A DNA stretch of 64,000 nt from the NCBI RefSeq assembly GCF_009914755.1, contig NC_060935.1. One strand, 5' to 3'. Origin of the DNA: the human T2T-CHM13v2.0 reference genome, Homo sapiens. Below the pieces are notes generated by a model. The model saw only the letters and a program-made list of their open reading frames with translations. It was not told the DNA's origin and did no database searches. The position numbers and the translations under genes are program-made. Below are positions 1 through 12,400 of the stretch, one piece after another (position 1 is the first letter of the stretch; each line of letters starts with the position of its first letter).

Positions 1-211
1 GCTGACAAGGGGCAGCTGGTGAAGCTGGCAGGGAGAGGGCCAGAGTGAAGTAGCCAAGTGTCCATAGGCAAAGGCCAGCCTTGGGGAAGAGAATGACGTC
101 CCAGGGCACCCCTCCCTCAGACGTGGGCGCTGACCTCAGAGCCTCTCTGATCCCTGGTAAGCTGGGACTCAGAGGACCTCATCAGAGCATCCAGCCAGCA
201 GCAATTTTGCA

Positions 212-445
212 CTTGGACTCTGGTATCAGACACTGCTTTTAAATCCCCACTCTGCTCTTACTCGCTGTCTCACCTTGGGCAAATTACTTCACCACTCCGG
301 GCTTCATTTCCTCTTCTACAAAATGGAGATGATAATAGTACCTACTTCACAGCATGACTCACAATTAAAAGAGTAACTAAAATGTAAAGCACTTCTAACA
401 ATGTCTGAAATTTGTAAGAACTAAATAAGTATATGCTATTATTAT
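212..445 (+). mobile_element. MIR SINE
   Basis: MIR core CCTTGGGCAAATTACTTCACC...TTTCCTCTTCTACAAAATGGAGATGATAATAGTACCTAC. Confidence 0.85.
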
Positions 446-769
446 AATTATTATTATGTCTTTTCTATTCTTTTTGGCACAGGAAAAACTGAACATTTAG
501 CCTGAAGGTCTGTGAGAGGCAGAGAGAAAGATTCTAGCTCCCGGAAGCTCTGTTCAATGGCTGGAAATCTCAAGGATTTCTCTAGCCTTGCTGTGGCCTT
601 TTCTTTCTTTCTTCCTTTTTTTTTTTTTTTTTAAATTTTGTCCCTTTCTGGTGACTGGCTTGGTCATGGAAATTTATGAGGGGCATTCTTTAAGGAATGC
701 TATGTTTTCAGATTCATGAAGGCATCAGGATTCCAAAATCTGGAAAACACCTCTTTTGCTAGAGCAGTG

Positions 770-1180
770 GAGGGGCAGAAATCAAGACCAGGGCTGCCAT
801 TTTCTACCTGTGTTAACCTCGATGAATTTCCTTCACCTCTCTGAGCCTCAGCTTCCTTTTGTTCAAATTGGGAAAAGTGTTGGATCTATCTCAAAAGATT
901 GTTTGCTAGCCAACAAGAATGTGTTTGAAATGCTATATTCAAATGTAAGATAGTAGAGAGTCTCACATGTCATAAAGGATTTCGATTATCACATTATATA
1001 CTTATCGTGTGGCTTTTGGCAAGTTACTTAACCTTTGTTAAGAATCAGCGTCTTTTCTATAAAGTAGAGATAATTAAACTAACTTCACGGGGTGATTGTG
1101 AGGGTTATAGAAAATCTTATATTGATAGCACTCAGTACAATATCTGAAATGTAGTAGTTATTTTAAAATGTTGGCTTTTT
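770..1180 (+). mobile_element. Two adjacent MIR fragments (about 770-900 and 955-1180)
   Basis: Cores CACCTCTCTGAGCCTCAGCTTCC and GGCAAGTTACTTAACC...TATAAAGTAGAGATAAT. Confidence 0.7.
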
Positions 1181-2184
1181 ATCCACCCCCTGCCAACCCT
1201 AGACCCCTTAATCCATACACATCCACACACCCACATAGCAGATCTTTCTGGGAAAGAGAAACTCAGTGGAATCCCCTGATTAGAGAATGTGGACATTTGG
1301 GTGGTTTTGTCCTCTCCAATCTCAGCTGTGCAGGTGCCATTATTATTATAGATGTTTCTTGTTATATTTTGTCGGGAGAAATAACAAAGCTTTTGCTCTT
1401 CTCTCTTGCCTTTTCTCTCTTACTAGCTTGGTTTCTCTTCAAATCGCCTTAACAAAAATAGAGTGTTGTGTTCTGTGTCAGGAGTTGGGGTTTTGACCTC
1501 CTGGAGTGGGTAAAATCAGCCCTTTTTTAATCCTAAGGCTGCTACCAAAGGGCACCTGATGATTTGACTTAACCCCACTGGGAAGGGACTGGGAAGAATG
1601 AGCTGCAGCTAATTACAGTGACTTAGCGGGGAAGGAGTCACATTTTCGCTCTAGATGTGGCTTTCTTGCTGGGGAGGAAGGGTAGGGTCATGTGGAGGGG
1701 TCCAAAAGGATATTTTGGGTGAGAATGAGAGGGAAATAGGAAGCATTCATTTACTGTCCTCATTCCACATGCTCGTGTTCCTACTAGTGGTAGGAAGAAA
1801 ATTGTGTCTTTATTTCTCTGTTGATACAAAATGTCCTCTCTGATCACCTAATGCCCTGTTTTCTTTTAGTGGGCTAATGGGAGCCCTGGAAGCTTCACAT
1901 GTTCTAGGCTGACAGACACAGAATCCAGTGAGCAGGACCTTGGGGGAGACAAGTGAGAAACTAATTTGCTTGGTTCCATTTCTAACTTAATTGGGCATTA
2001 ATTAACATCTGTTCCACCATTGCTCTAGAAAAACAGAAACACTCCCAGCCCCCACCATGTCCCATAAAGTGTGTTCTAGTACACAATATGCCTACATTCC
2101 CCTAAGGCTGAAATGACTACAGGGAAGCTGGTAGTTTTACATTTTGTCATTGGATTAATTTCATGTCTCACTTCATAAATTTTC

Positions 2185-2365
2185 TAAACTTTAGGGTTTT
2201 GTTTCTAAATTTTCAAAATAAGGGTATGGTTACCTCCCTCTTGAAGTGGCTGTAAGGAGTATAGCTAGATATAGATGTAGATATAGATATAGATAGATAA
2301 TGAATGTAAATCCCCTAGCACAGTGCCTGGTGTTTAGTAGCTACTCAATTAAAGGAAGCTTTTAA
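2185..2365 (+). mobile_element. MIR 3' part with an internal (TAGATA)n-like repeat (about 2262-2298)
   Basis: ATGTAAATCCCCTAGCACAGTGCCTGG...CTCAAT resembles the MIR 3' end. Confidence 0.65.
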
Positions 2366-2689
2366 TTATATGAACAATTAATATCCTTTTTTGTTCATTT
2401 CTGGGCTTGCTCAAAAGTATCTACTACTGAGATATTTTGGAGCTTACTCAAAGTATCTAGTACTCATTTCCTCCTAGCTCTGGAGGAACACAGCAGTTGT
2501 TGGGATGACTATAATAGGCCTAGTACTGCATAGGAAGAAAAGAAAGAGAAAGATTGACTTTGCATTCTGGGTTCTGTGAGCTCTTGGGTTTGGCACAACT
2601 CTCTGTATCACCAAGCTACATATGGACAATGATGCTCTGTGACTACTCTGCTACTACCACGGCTATCACACTTAGGAATACTGCTAGAG

Positions 2690-2898
2690 TTTTGGGTGTT
2701 AACTCTGTGCCAGTGGTTTATATACGACAATATTGTTGTCTAGTGTTATTATGCTGATTTTATAAATGAGACAACTGAGGCTTAAGAGGTTAAGCAACTT
2801 GTCCAGTATCCCAAAATTAGTGAGAAATACAGATGAGATTAATACCTAAGAAGGTTTGGCTTAAAAACCCATGCTCTTAACCACCTTGCTATACAGCC
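2690..2898 (-). mobile_element. MIR SINE
   Basis: Antisense core ATTTTATAAATGAGACAACTGAGGCTTAAGAGGTTAAGCAACTTGTCC. Confidence 0.8.
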
Positions 2899-3232
2899 CA
2901 AGTGGTCTGAAAATTTGCCCTGGGGAGACAGAAGGGAAAAGCAGGGACAGAAGAACTGTATCTCTGCAGCTTGGCCAAGTCTGTCAAACAGGGGAGATTG
3001 ACTGAAGCAACTGCTTTCCCTTTCTTCATGCCAAGCAAAGAACTCAGAGAAGAGCATACCCAAGGTGAACATGTTCCCCTTTGATCTAAGGACGCATTAA
3101 CCTGGTAAGTTTCTAGACCTAGAAACAGCACTCACCAAATGCCTAGGATGAGTTAGCACTAACTAGTCTTCTCTGTGGAGGTCACAAAGACTGGGCAGTC
3201 ACATGGGTTGCTGGTGTTTTCAGGGTGTAGCA

Positions 3233-3552
3233 ATAGTGTTCCCTAAATTTGTGTCTTAGATCATGAGTTCCTCAAGATGTTCTATGAGGAAGGATTTCCT
3301 GATTCAATGTTTAATAGCTGAGACACTGTATATCCCTCTCTTGGAAATTCACGATGCCCATAAACACAGTAAAGGCTCTGAAAAGTCTTGCAATTAAAAA
3401 AAAATAACAAAACACAATGAAAAATGGCTTATTTACTTTGCTTAACTCATTATTTCCCAAACACACTTGGCCATAGAACCCTTTATTGGAGTGCCATCTA
3501 TTCATATTGCAAGGAAAGAGTGTTCCATGGAACAGATGTCAAGAGATGTTTG
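3233..3552. mobile_element. hAT-Charlie-type non-autonomous DNA transposon (subfamily not assigned)
   Basis: Degenerate terminal inverted repeats and internal CTCTTGGAAATTCACGATGC...AAAGGCTCTGAAAAGTCTTGCA...GTGTTCCATGGAACA, typical of Charlie-derived MITEs. Confidence 0.6.
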
Positions 3553-3554
3553 CA

Positions 3555-3708
3555 TAGTGCAAAGGACACTGGATTAGGAGGCCAAAGACTAGCTCCATTT
3601 CAGCTTTATTGACGTGTGTACATCAGTTTTCCTCTTTGGGCTGTAAAATGAGAAAGTTGATCTGTGTAATCTCCAGGCCTCCTTCTAGCTCAATATGTCT
3701 GTGACTAT
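3555..3708 (+). mobile_element. MIR3-like fragment
   Basis: CTGTAAAATGAGAAAGTTG...TCTCCAGGCCTCCTTCTAGCTC end motif. Confidence 0.6.
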
Positions 3709-3747
3709 GGCTACATCCACATGACATGATGAAAGATTAAAACATAG

Positions 3748-4086
<339 letters not shown>

Positions 4087-4333
4087 TAAATTAGATAAAA
4101 GAAATACATGTAGGTTAGAGCAGCGTATAGTAACTGGCAGCACATAATAAATGTTTAATAAATTTTTGCCAAATAAAAGAGGAAATGTGGAAAAGATAAA
4201 AGTACACTTAAATGAAACAAACTGGTTTAAAAGGATCTTAAGTAAAGGATTAATGAGACCACGAGTGATTGAGATGTAGTTGGAATGCTTCCAGGTAGAG
4301 ATCAATTTTGAGCAGTTTAGAAAGAGAAGGAAA

Positions 4334-4650
4334 GGCCAGGTGTGGTAGTTCACACCTGTAATCTCAGCACTTTGGGAGGCCGAGGCAGGCGGATCACCTG
4401 AGGTCAGGAGTTCAAGATCATCCCGGTCAACATAGCGAAACCCTGTCTCTACTAAAAATACAAAAATTAGCCAGGCGTGGTGGTGTGCACCTGTAATCCC
4501 AGCTACCCAGGAGGTTGAGGCAGGAGAACCGCCGGAACCCGTGGGGCAGAGGCTGCAGTGAGCTGAGATTGCACCACTGGACTCTAGCCTGGGCAACAGA
4601 GCAAGACTCAGTCTCAAAAAAAAAAAAAAAAAAAAGAAAGAAAGAAAGAA
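4334..4650 (+). mobile_element. AluS (Sx-like)
   Basis: Full dimer with A/GAAA tail, flanked by GAAGGAAA. Confidence 0.95.
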
Positions 4651-4844
4651 GGAAAGTAATTTAACATTTTTATTCACCACTTACTATGTACCAGAAAATT
4701 TATGGATGTTATGTTAATCTTTGCAACCCTATGAAGCTTAAAAAAGTTTAAAACTTGCTCAGAATCACACTCGTGGTAATTGGAGATCAAGAGGTTGGAA
4801 CTAATAGACCATTGGTGTTTTAATTTTAAAGTCCCAGAATCTAG

Positions 4845-5163
<319 letters not shown>

Positions 5164-6184
5164 GTGTTTTCCATGTGTTTTAATTTTTCATCATGTCTTG
5201 TAGATTCAGTCATCATCATAGATTCAGGGAGCTAGGAGGCCTGGAGATGATACAGGCCAACATTCTCATTTTCAGCCCCGGAGTTCAAATTCTTAGTCGG
5301 CAATCTGCTTCTCAAAGGCCACAATTTGACTAAGAACTCTTCTTGATTAATAGTATAACTGCAAGGGAGATTTCATTATTCTCTGAGTTACCTGAGTGCA
5401 CATAATTGTGGAATAGGTTATCACGACTTCCCAAAAGAGTGTATGAGTGCATGGAAAATATTGGAAATCACCTAGTGCGAAGGAGCTGGAGAGAGGGTGC
5501 CCTGAGAAGCAGTTCCAGAGGAGTCCAGTGAATGCCCGAGGGAAGGGCATTTGGGAGGGAGAAGACTCTGCCAGAGATAATAACATCTTCTGGGAAAGGA
5601 AAATTAATGCTACCACCCCCTCGGCAGTCTTCCAGTGAGAAATATCTTTTGATTTATAAGCTGACACCACCAGGTAGTATTTTAGTGTAGGTGTGAGAAG
5701 CAAATGGGGGAAAATGTGTCTCTTTTGTGGGTAATATAAAAATATCTGTGTCAGAGAGTGGTTAGAATGACATGAAAGATGGAGAGGAGGATGGAAAATA
5801 ATAAGTGGAAAATGGGGGTTTTATAAAGCAGATCTTGTTAGCTGGGTCTCTAGGAGAAAGCAATGAAGAAGGATTTCTCATTTCACCCTTTCAAGTTTTC
5901 AGAATGGTCGCCAACAAAATCAGCACTGTGGCACCTCTGGTGGTTTTCATTCTTCATGGTCTTCCTAGAAGAAGAGAGAGCTTAGAAGTGGTTCTGCTGA
6001 GAGTGGGGTGTGAACTTATAAATAAGCTGATCGCGTTTTCATCATGGGCTCAGGAAACCTCCCAGAGACATGGATGCCCTTGGCATAAATTATACTGACA
6101 ACCCTACCTCCCGGGCCACCCAACACCCAGTCCCAGGTAAACGTGTTCTTTTCCAGGTTTGGGAACTTGGGTGCCCCCTGGCAG

Positions 6185-6330
6185 TGGGGTAACTCAAGTC
6201 TCTGCTTCCCTAGCTAGCTGTGTGATCCTGGGCAGCCAATGGACCTCTCTGAGCTTCAGTTTTCTCATCTGCAAAATGAGCGCTTTGAACCTGATGACTC
6301 CTCGGTGTCCTCCTGTTCTGCAGTGCCATG
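6185..6330 (+). mobile_element. MIR/MIR3 fragment
   Basis: GCTGTGTGATCCTGGGCAG...CTCTCTGAGCTTCAGTTTTCTCATCTGCAAAATGAG. Confidence 0.8.
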
Positions 6331-6499
6331 CTTTCAACACTGTCCAGTCCATTCCAGATGCTTCCCCATCGTGAAGATCCTCCGGGTCACCTATGCACTC
6401 CTGCTAATCTCTGCCATTTGCCTTCTTACACCCTTTCCATACCTTCCCGTGGAACACGGTAATCTGGTTTCCAGATGGGCTAATGTCTCCTCCTAGCTG

Positions 6500-7240
6500 C
6501 AAGGCAGCGGCGCTTCTGGCGTTGGTTTCCGCACTAAACTTGATGGTCTGATTTTAAAGGTTGATTTTAAAGAAACTGTCTGGTTGTATGTCCCCGAGTT
6601 ACACTGCAGTGCTAAATGTTGGAGCGAGGCAATACCGGGAGAATCCAGGCTGCAGGCTTCACCCAGAGAGGGAGGGTGAGGGGAGGAGAGAGACGGAGAG
6701 AGGAGAGAGGGGGAATGAAAGGGGAGAGAGAGGGACCAAGACCGGCGAGCGGGAGACAGGAGCGGAAACCACAGAGGTAGAGTCAGGGCCGACACTGAAG
6801 AAACGTAGATGCACAGGGAGGGGCCAATATTAGTGTACAGAGAGAAAGAGGGAACACGGTGCGGTGACACCTAGCCTCGGAGACAGTGGGAGCTCCGAGC
6901 CCACGGAGAGCGGGGGAGTTCCGCTTCCTCCCGCCCCAGCGGCTCCCGCCCCGCCTGGGCGCAGCCGGCCGTCCCGGCTCCGAGGGTGCAGCGCGCCCGG
7001 GCGCAGCGCGAGTGCGTGGAGCCGGGCTCCAGCACGACCCCGCCGCTCGGGTTTGGGTGTCCTCAGGCTCCGCGCTCCTCCTCCCCTCCTCCAGATGGGA
7101 CTGGCTCTCCTCTTTGCAAAGCCAGGCTCGCGGGGAGACGTGGTGAGCAGTAGCCAGCAGCTGGTGTGCCGTGGACGCCGCTGACCGCCGCGCGCCCGAA
7201 CCGGGTGTCCACATGAGTGCCTCTCCCAGCAGATCCAGGT
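6500..7240 (+). promoter_or_regulatory. CpG-island promoter (core island about 6857-7203) of a + strand gene
   Basis: About 40 CpGs counted in ~350 bp against a CpG-depleted background. GC boxes (CCGCCC) at 6931 and 6946-6956, CCAAT at 6824-6828, NF-kB-like GGGGAGTTCC at 6913-6922, and a purine-rich tract at 6665-6790. A consensus splice donor follows immediately. Confidence 0.9.
7000..7238 (+). other. Probable first exon (5' end approximate; likely 5'UTR) ending at donor CAG|GTAAGA
   Basis: Strong U2 donor at 7238/7239 at the 3' edge of the CpG island. Contains ATG 7095 (29-codon uORF, stop 7182-7184) and ATG 7213 (open through the donor, phase 2). The TSS cannot be fixed from sequence and the gene is not recognised. 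Confidence 0.75.
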
Positions 7241-9103
7241 AAGAACTTCCTGACCTTCCTGAGCCCTAGGAGGAACACACATGGATGCCGAGTGATGGTG
7301 AGGGATCCGGGTGAAACTGGAGGCTGTGGAAACACTGGAGTGGGGGGTGGGGGTGCTGTTACATCGGAATTTTCTTAGTGAAACATCAAAGTTACCTGAG
7401 GGCCAGGTAAAGCTATTAACATGGATTATGGTTTGGCTGAGGTGTCCCTCACCTGAGAGTTTGTGTCCCCAGGAAACCACTGAGATAGATAGATTATCTC
7501 CTCCATGAATTTCTGGAGGTGGCGGAGCTGGCTTCCTTCTCCATTCAGTACTGGAGACGTGCACAGAACAGGTAGAGAGGACAGAGTTGGTTGAGCATGG
7601 AGATTGCCTCTCCTCCTCTCTATCTTGCTGGCAAAAGTTTGAACTGGAAGCACTGGCTTCCCTTGTTCTGGGCAGTGCTGCCATCTCCCTACCTGGCTGC
7701 CCCATCAGTCTTACGCCTATTCTGCTTGCATGGTAGAAGTCCAAGATTTGGCTTCTCGTTTCCTCTGAGGGTGGAAGTGAGAGGTTCCATCCCAGAGGAA
7801 ATAGAGTTACTCTTGTGGAGTAGATGAAGGAATGAGAAGGTGTGGTCATTAGAATGAAGTTTTTAGAGCCCAAACAACTTGTTTGCACCCATCAGCCAAC
7901 CTCATGCCTGGATAAACTTCATTCCTCAAAAAGTTCCTCAGCAGGATATGCAGGCGCCAAGGTAACATGAACAAACAGCTGCTTGCTGCCCCCAAGCTTT
8001 AGTTTCTAGTGGGCCTGGAGCAATTGTGAAGGACAACTCCACCCAAGGCCCAGTATTGAAGAGGGGTAGGGTGGGAGGATTGTACATATCGCGAACGCTT
8101 GGCAAATCTCTAGATTTTTTTTCCTCCTAGGAAATAATAATTTTTAAAAAGGCTTGTAAAAAATAATAAAATGTTTCATGACAGCAGCAGATGTAAAACT
8201 CCCACTACTCTGGGCGAGGACAAAGAAATTTGTGCAGGGGGCTGAGCTTTCTCCTCTGCCAACGCCTACATGGGTACATCACCTTTTGGAGATACAAATA
8301 GTATTTTTAGTGTTTTATGGATGAGGAGCCCTTCTCCTGGGAACTTTTGGGGAGGGGCGGATCTCAGCTGGGGCTCTCTCTTGGAGTTCAGGAAACTGAA
8401 TAGTAGAAATAGGCTGAAAATGCTACATTTCTACACACTACCCCAAGGTCCCACTATACTCCTAAGCTGATATAGAATCTCACTGTGGAACAGATACAGT
8501 CAAAGAGAGGCACTCCTGCTTCCCAGTGTAACCCACACCGATCTCTCTCTCTTCTCTCTTTCATTTAATAATATTTAGGAGGTTAGATAGGAAAGTGTAG
8601 ACATGTAACTCTTATTCCCTCTATTCAACTATGCCTCCTGCCTTTGTTCCTTACTTGAAGATCATGTCTCTTGCTTGTACTGAATGTTCCTATTTATGGG
8701 ACCTTCACTGCAGCTTAGAGCTTTAGTTGCCTTTGATGGTGTACAGCGAGGTTTCTAGTGTTTGCCCGAAGGCTCTTTCCTTTGGCGTATTTATTTGTAA
8801 CTTGCTTAGGAGATCTCATCCTCACCTTGCAATTTGGATGAAGAGTTCTGCTGGGCGTCACTGGTGTTCAAGAGATCCAGGTCTCAAAAGGGCGTGTGGT
8901 AGTTTTAGTTTTTTCCGTCCGTGCTCAAAAGCTGTTTGGTTTTGGAGATTTGGGGCTGTGCTTTGGTGATAGTGTTGGAAGGAAACCATTATGAGCAACT
9001 GATCAATACCTAGCCAAGCTGGGGTGCCAATTTGACATTGTCACAAAAAGTGAGTGCCCTATTTGGTTGCCTGATCAGCTGTGTTCAATGATCATAGGCC
9101 TGA

Positions 9104-9481
<378 letters not shown>

Positions 9482-12400
9482 TGAAATCACATCCTTCTAA
9501 GGAGATGGCATTTGTCCCTGCCATCTCCTTCCAGCCTTTGCTTTTCCACCATAGTAGTCATTTGATGTCCTTGCAGATTAGCTCACTGGTGGGCCCTCTC
9601 AATACACACATCTGTAATATGTATGCTTGTCACTGAAATCACCAGCCCTAGGTCTGCAGCTGCACTCCAGAGGTGTTTCCACTGTGCTGCTCCAACTGTC
9701 GGCTGCTTTTGCACAGGTGGCATGTAGTTTTCAGTGTTTGTGTCTTTGGGCTGCTGTTTACAACACTGCTAGGAATTGTCACCCATTCTGCTTGCCCTGC
9801 AGAAGAGGTCACTTTCTCCTGGGGTGTCTGCTGCACTTCATACTCTTACTTTTCATGGATCTTTCAGCTTGATCAAGATTTTTACTTTCTTCTTCTCCTT
9901 TCTCCGTCTTGCAACTGTGGACTGGTGCATCAGGAAACACATTTCTTTTCCTGTCTAGGCACGGTCATTCTTCAAATGGTAATAAAAGCCTTCATTCCTT
10001 GATTTGATCCAGTGCCCCGATATGTACAAACCAGAAACACTGCACATATATTTTAGCTGTAAGAGTTCCATATACCCTTTATTGTGGTGTATACAGACTC
10101 TGACTTCCAAGGTGTACTCCAGTATCTGCTCTGCTTCATACCTGGTGGGTCTGCATTGCACATCTGCATAATGAATGGACGTTGCCAATAACAGGCAGGA
10201 GGAGTGGCAACAGTGTTACTGCAGAGAAAGAGAAAGAGAGAGAGAAAGTATCTTAGGAAACGGGATGGTAAGTAGGCACATGGTCTTATGAGGGTCACCT
10301 TAATTTATTAAAGCCTCATTTGGTAGGCATGAGAATAGAATTTATTAGTTGGTGGACCACTTGGCAGCAGCCTCATACACAGATCTATAAGATATTTAAA
10401 TACTTTTCTGGAATGGGTTGACGTTGATGAATTTGTGACATAGTGGTCTGTTAACCATCCTTCCTCTTAGGTGTTCCTTAAACCAACAGCAATGTTGTCT
10501 TCAGAAAGTTGCTGGTGATCCACAGTAGGGGAGAGGAATATCTCTAGTTGTTCATGAGCATCACAGGTGAATAACCCATTCTAGGCATATACCAGGCATA
10601 CAGAATGAGCTAAACTGTGTTGGTTTCATCAGCCATTCTAACTGGCTTAAAACTGTCTGAATCCTTTGGCTTGAAACTAGGTCAAATGGTGAGACCTTTT
10701 TGAGATCCTAATGGGCATAAAACAGGAAGTATCTTTCTCCTGTCAGCACCCTGGTGGGCTCTTGGTGCAACTCTGGATCTTCTGGTAAAAGAGAAGTTTT
10801 TCCCTTCTGAGCCAAGCTTGCAACAGGGTTAATTTGGGGGTGGCCATGGACTTCAGGGGTCAGAATTGGAGAGTGCAACTTGCATTTATTTTTTTAAAAA
10901 AGCTTCATAAAAATAAAAATTGATTTATACAAAAACACAAGACCAGTGATGTACTACCTACCTACTCCCCCACCCCATGAGTTGCTGAGCTCAATGGATA
11001 GTAAACATATTAATCTAGATGAGGAAGTATAAAAAGGCCATCTTTGCAGCTCATCTGCCATCCAATCTAATTGAACTCTGAAATCCCATCTTTCTAGATA
11101 TGTTCCATGTCTGGGACTTGGGGAAGGGGTAGGGGATAGGGGGAGAGGCAGGGATGGAAGAGAGCAATTCCTAGAAAAGTTTGTGAGATCCACCGAACCT
11201 GGAGATACAGGCTGCCCCGGAAGGCAAGGGCAGCCCTGGTGAGGGTGCTGGAAGCATGGGAGGAGAACCAGTCCCTGGGAAGGAGAGAAAGAGAAATGAC
11301 ACATAGAAATGATGAGGGAGGGGAGGGTAGGGTGGCGGAGAGAGGAAGCAAGCCAAAGAGGAGGAGGGAGAGGAAACAGATGGAACAAGAGGAAGATGCA
11401 GCGAGCAAACGCAAGAAAAGGCCAAAGAGGGGAAAAGAGCAGAAGATAAGTGAAAGCAGCACCTTGCTTTCAGGTTTTTTCTCTTCCCCGTTTTCCTCTG
11501 GCAGAGGGAGAATGCAAGCGAGCCAGCAGAACAGCGTGGTTTTTGTGCTTTGGAGGCTTCTCATTGAAGCTGTCAAGCCTCAACCCCTCACGGCAGCTCA
11601 TTCTATTTTTATATTTTGCAGAATGGAAATTAAACAAATGACCCCGTGATGGCGTTTTCATGAAGATTTTATCCAGCACACCCACACAACCAGTGCTGGG
11701 GTGGCTGAATATTTAGCATAATATTCTATTTAATCAGATAAGAAGGTATCCTCAAGAGAGTGGCAGACATGAAGCCTGGGCTTTGATAACCGCCTGTAAA
11801 GAACTGTTTTGATGAGGGTGGGCAGAAGTCAGAAAGGAACCTTGTTCTCTGGCTTTTGGGCTTGTTAGTAGGAAGAACCCCAGTTAACTGAATTCTGGTG
11901 GAGCTTAGCATTTCCCCTCTCATACTCTCTCTCATACTTTTTTTTTGTTTGTTTTTTTTTGGCACTGGGTTTGGTTCCAGACTTTGTGAGCCCTCATGGT
12001 TCAGTTCTCCTTGGAGATCTCATTGGCGGCTAAAAATGGCTCACTTTGGCTGAACTTGCCCTGAGTGGAAGCCTTGCTTAGAATTTGGGTGCTCACTCTA
12101 TTTGTTGGCCTGGTTAGGGAAGCTGGTGTGTACTTTGCTGACGGGACAGTGCTTAGGCAGCTGGCATAATGATGCACATCTAGTACTTGGTGAGAACACA
12201 AAGCAGATGATATTTTATTGGCTTAGACACGGACTTACTTCCTTAAGTCCCAGAAGATTTAGTAGCAATTAAATGCATGCCCGTTTGCACATAACCATCC
12301 TTTTGAAGGAAAACAAAAACAAAAACCAACAATGCATGTTAAGGGGGCCAATCAATCGGACATGGTTGGTTGGGTGGATGTAAAAATGTGAGACTGTTCA

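Noticed and set aside
6500-7240. Assigning a gene symbol to the promoter/first exon
   Set aside because: Many human genes have a small CpG exon 1 and a first intron over 55 kb, and I do not recognise this sequence. A BLAT search would settle it.
10742-10762. REST/NRSE-like TCAGCACCCTGGTGGG (also the half-site at about 6895-6915)
   Set aside because: Only one half-site matches in each case; the GGACAG or TCAGCACC core is broken.
11239-11649. 136-aa ORF with K/R/E-rich NLS-like runs, and its overlapping antisense ORFs
   Set aside because: Non-ATG start, and a by-product of a purine-rich tract that lacks stop codons; no domain.
11622-11745. Possible 124-nt exon (TATTTTGCAG|AATGG ... AAG|GTATCC)
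   Set aside because: The acceptor is reasonable but the donor is weak and the ATG frame stops after 8 codons; not supportable without RNA data.
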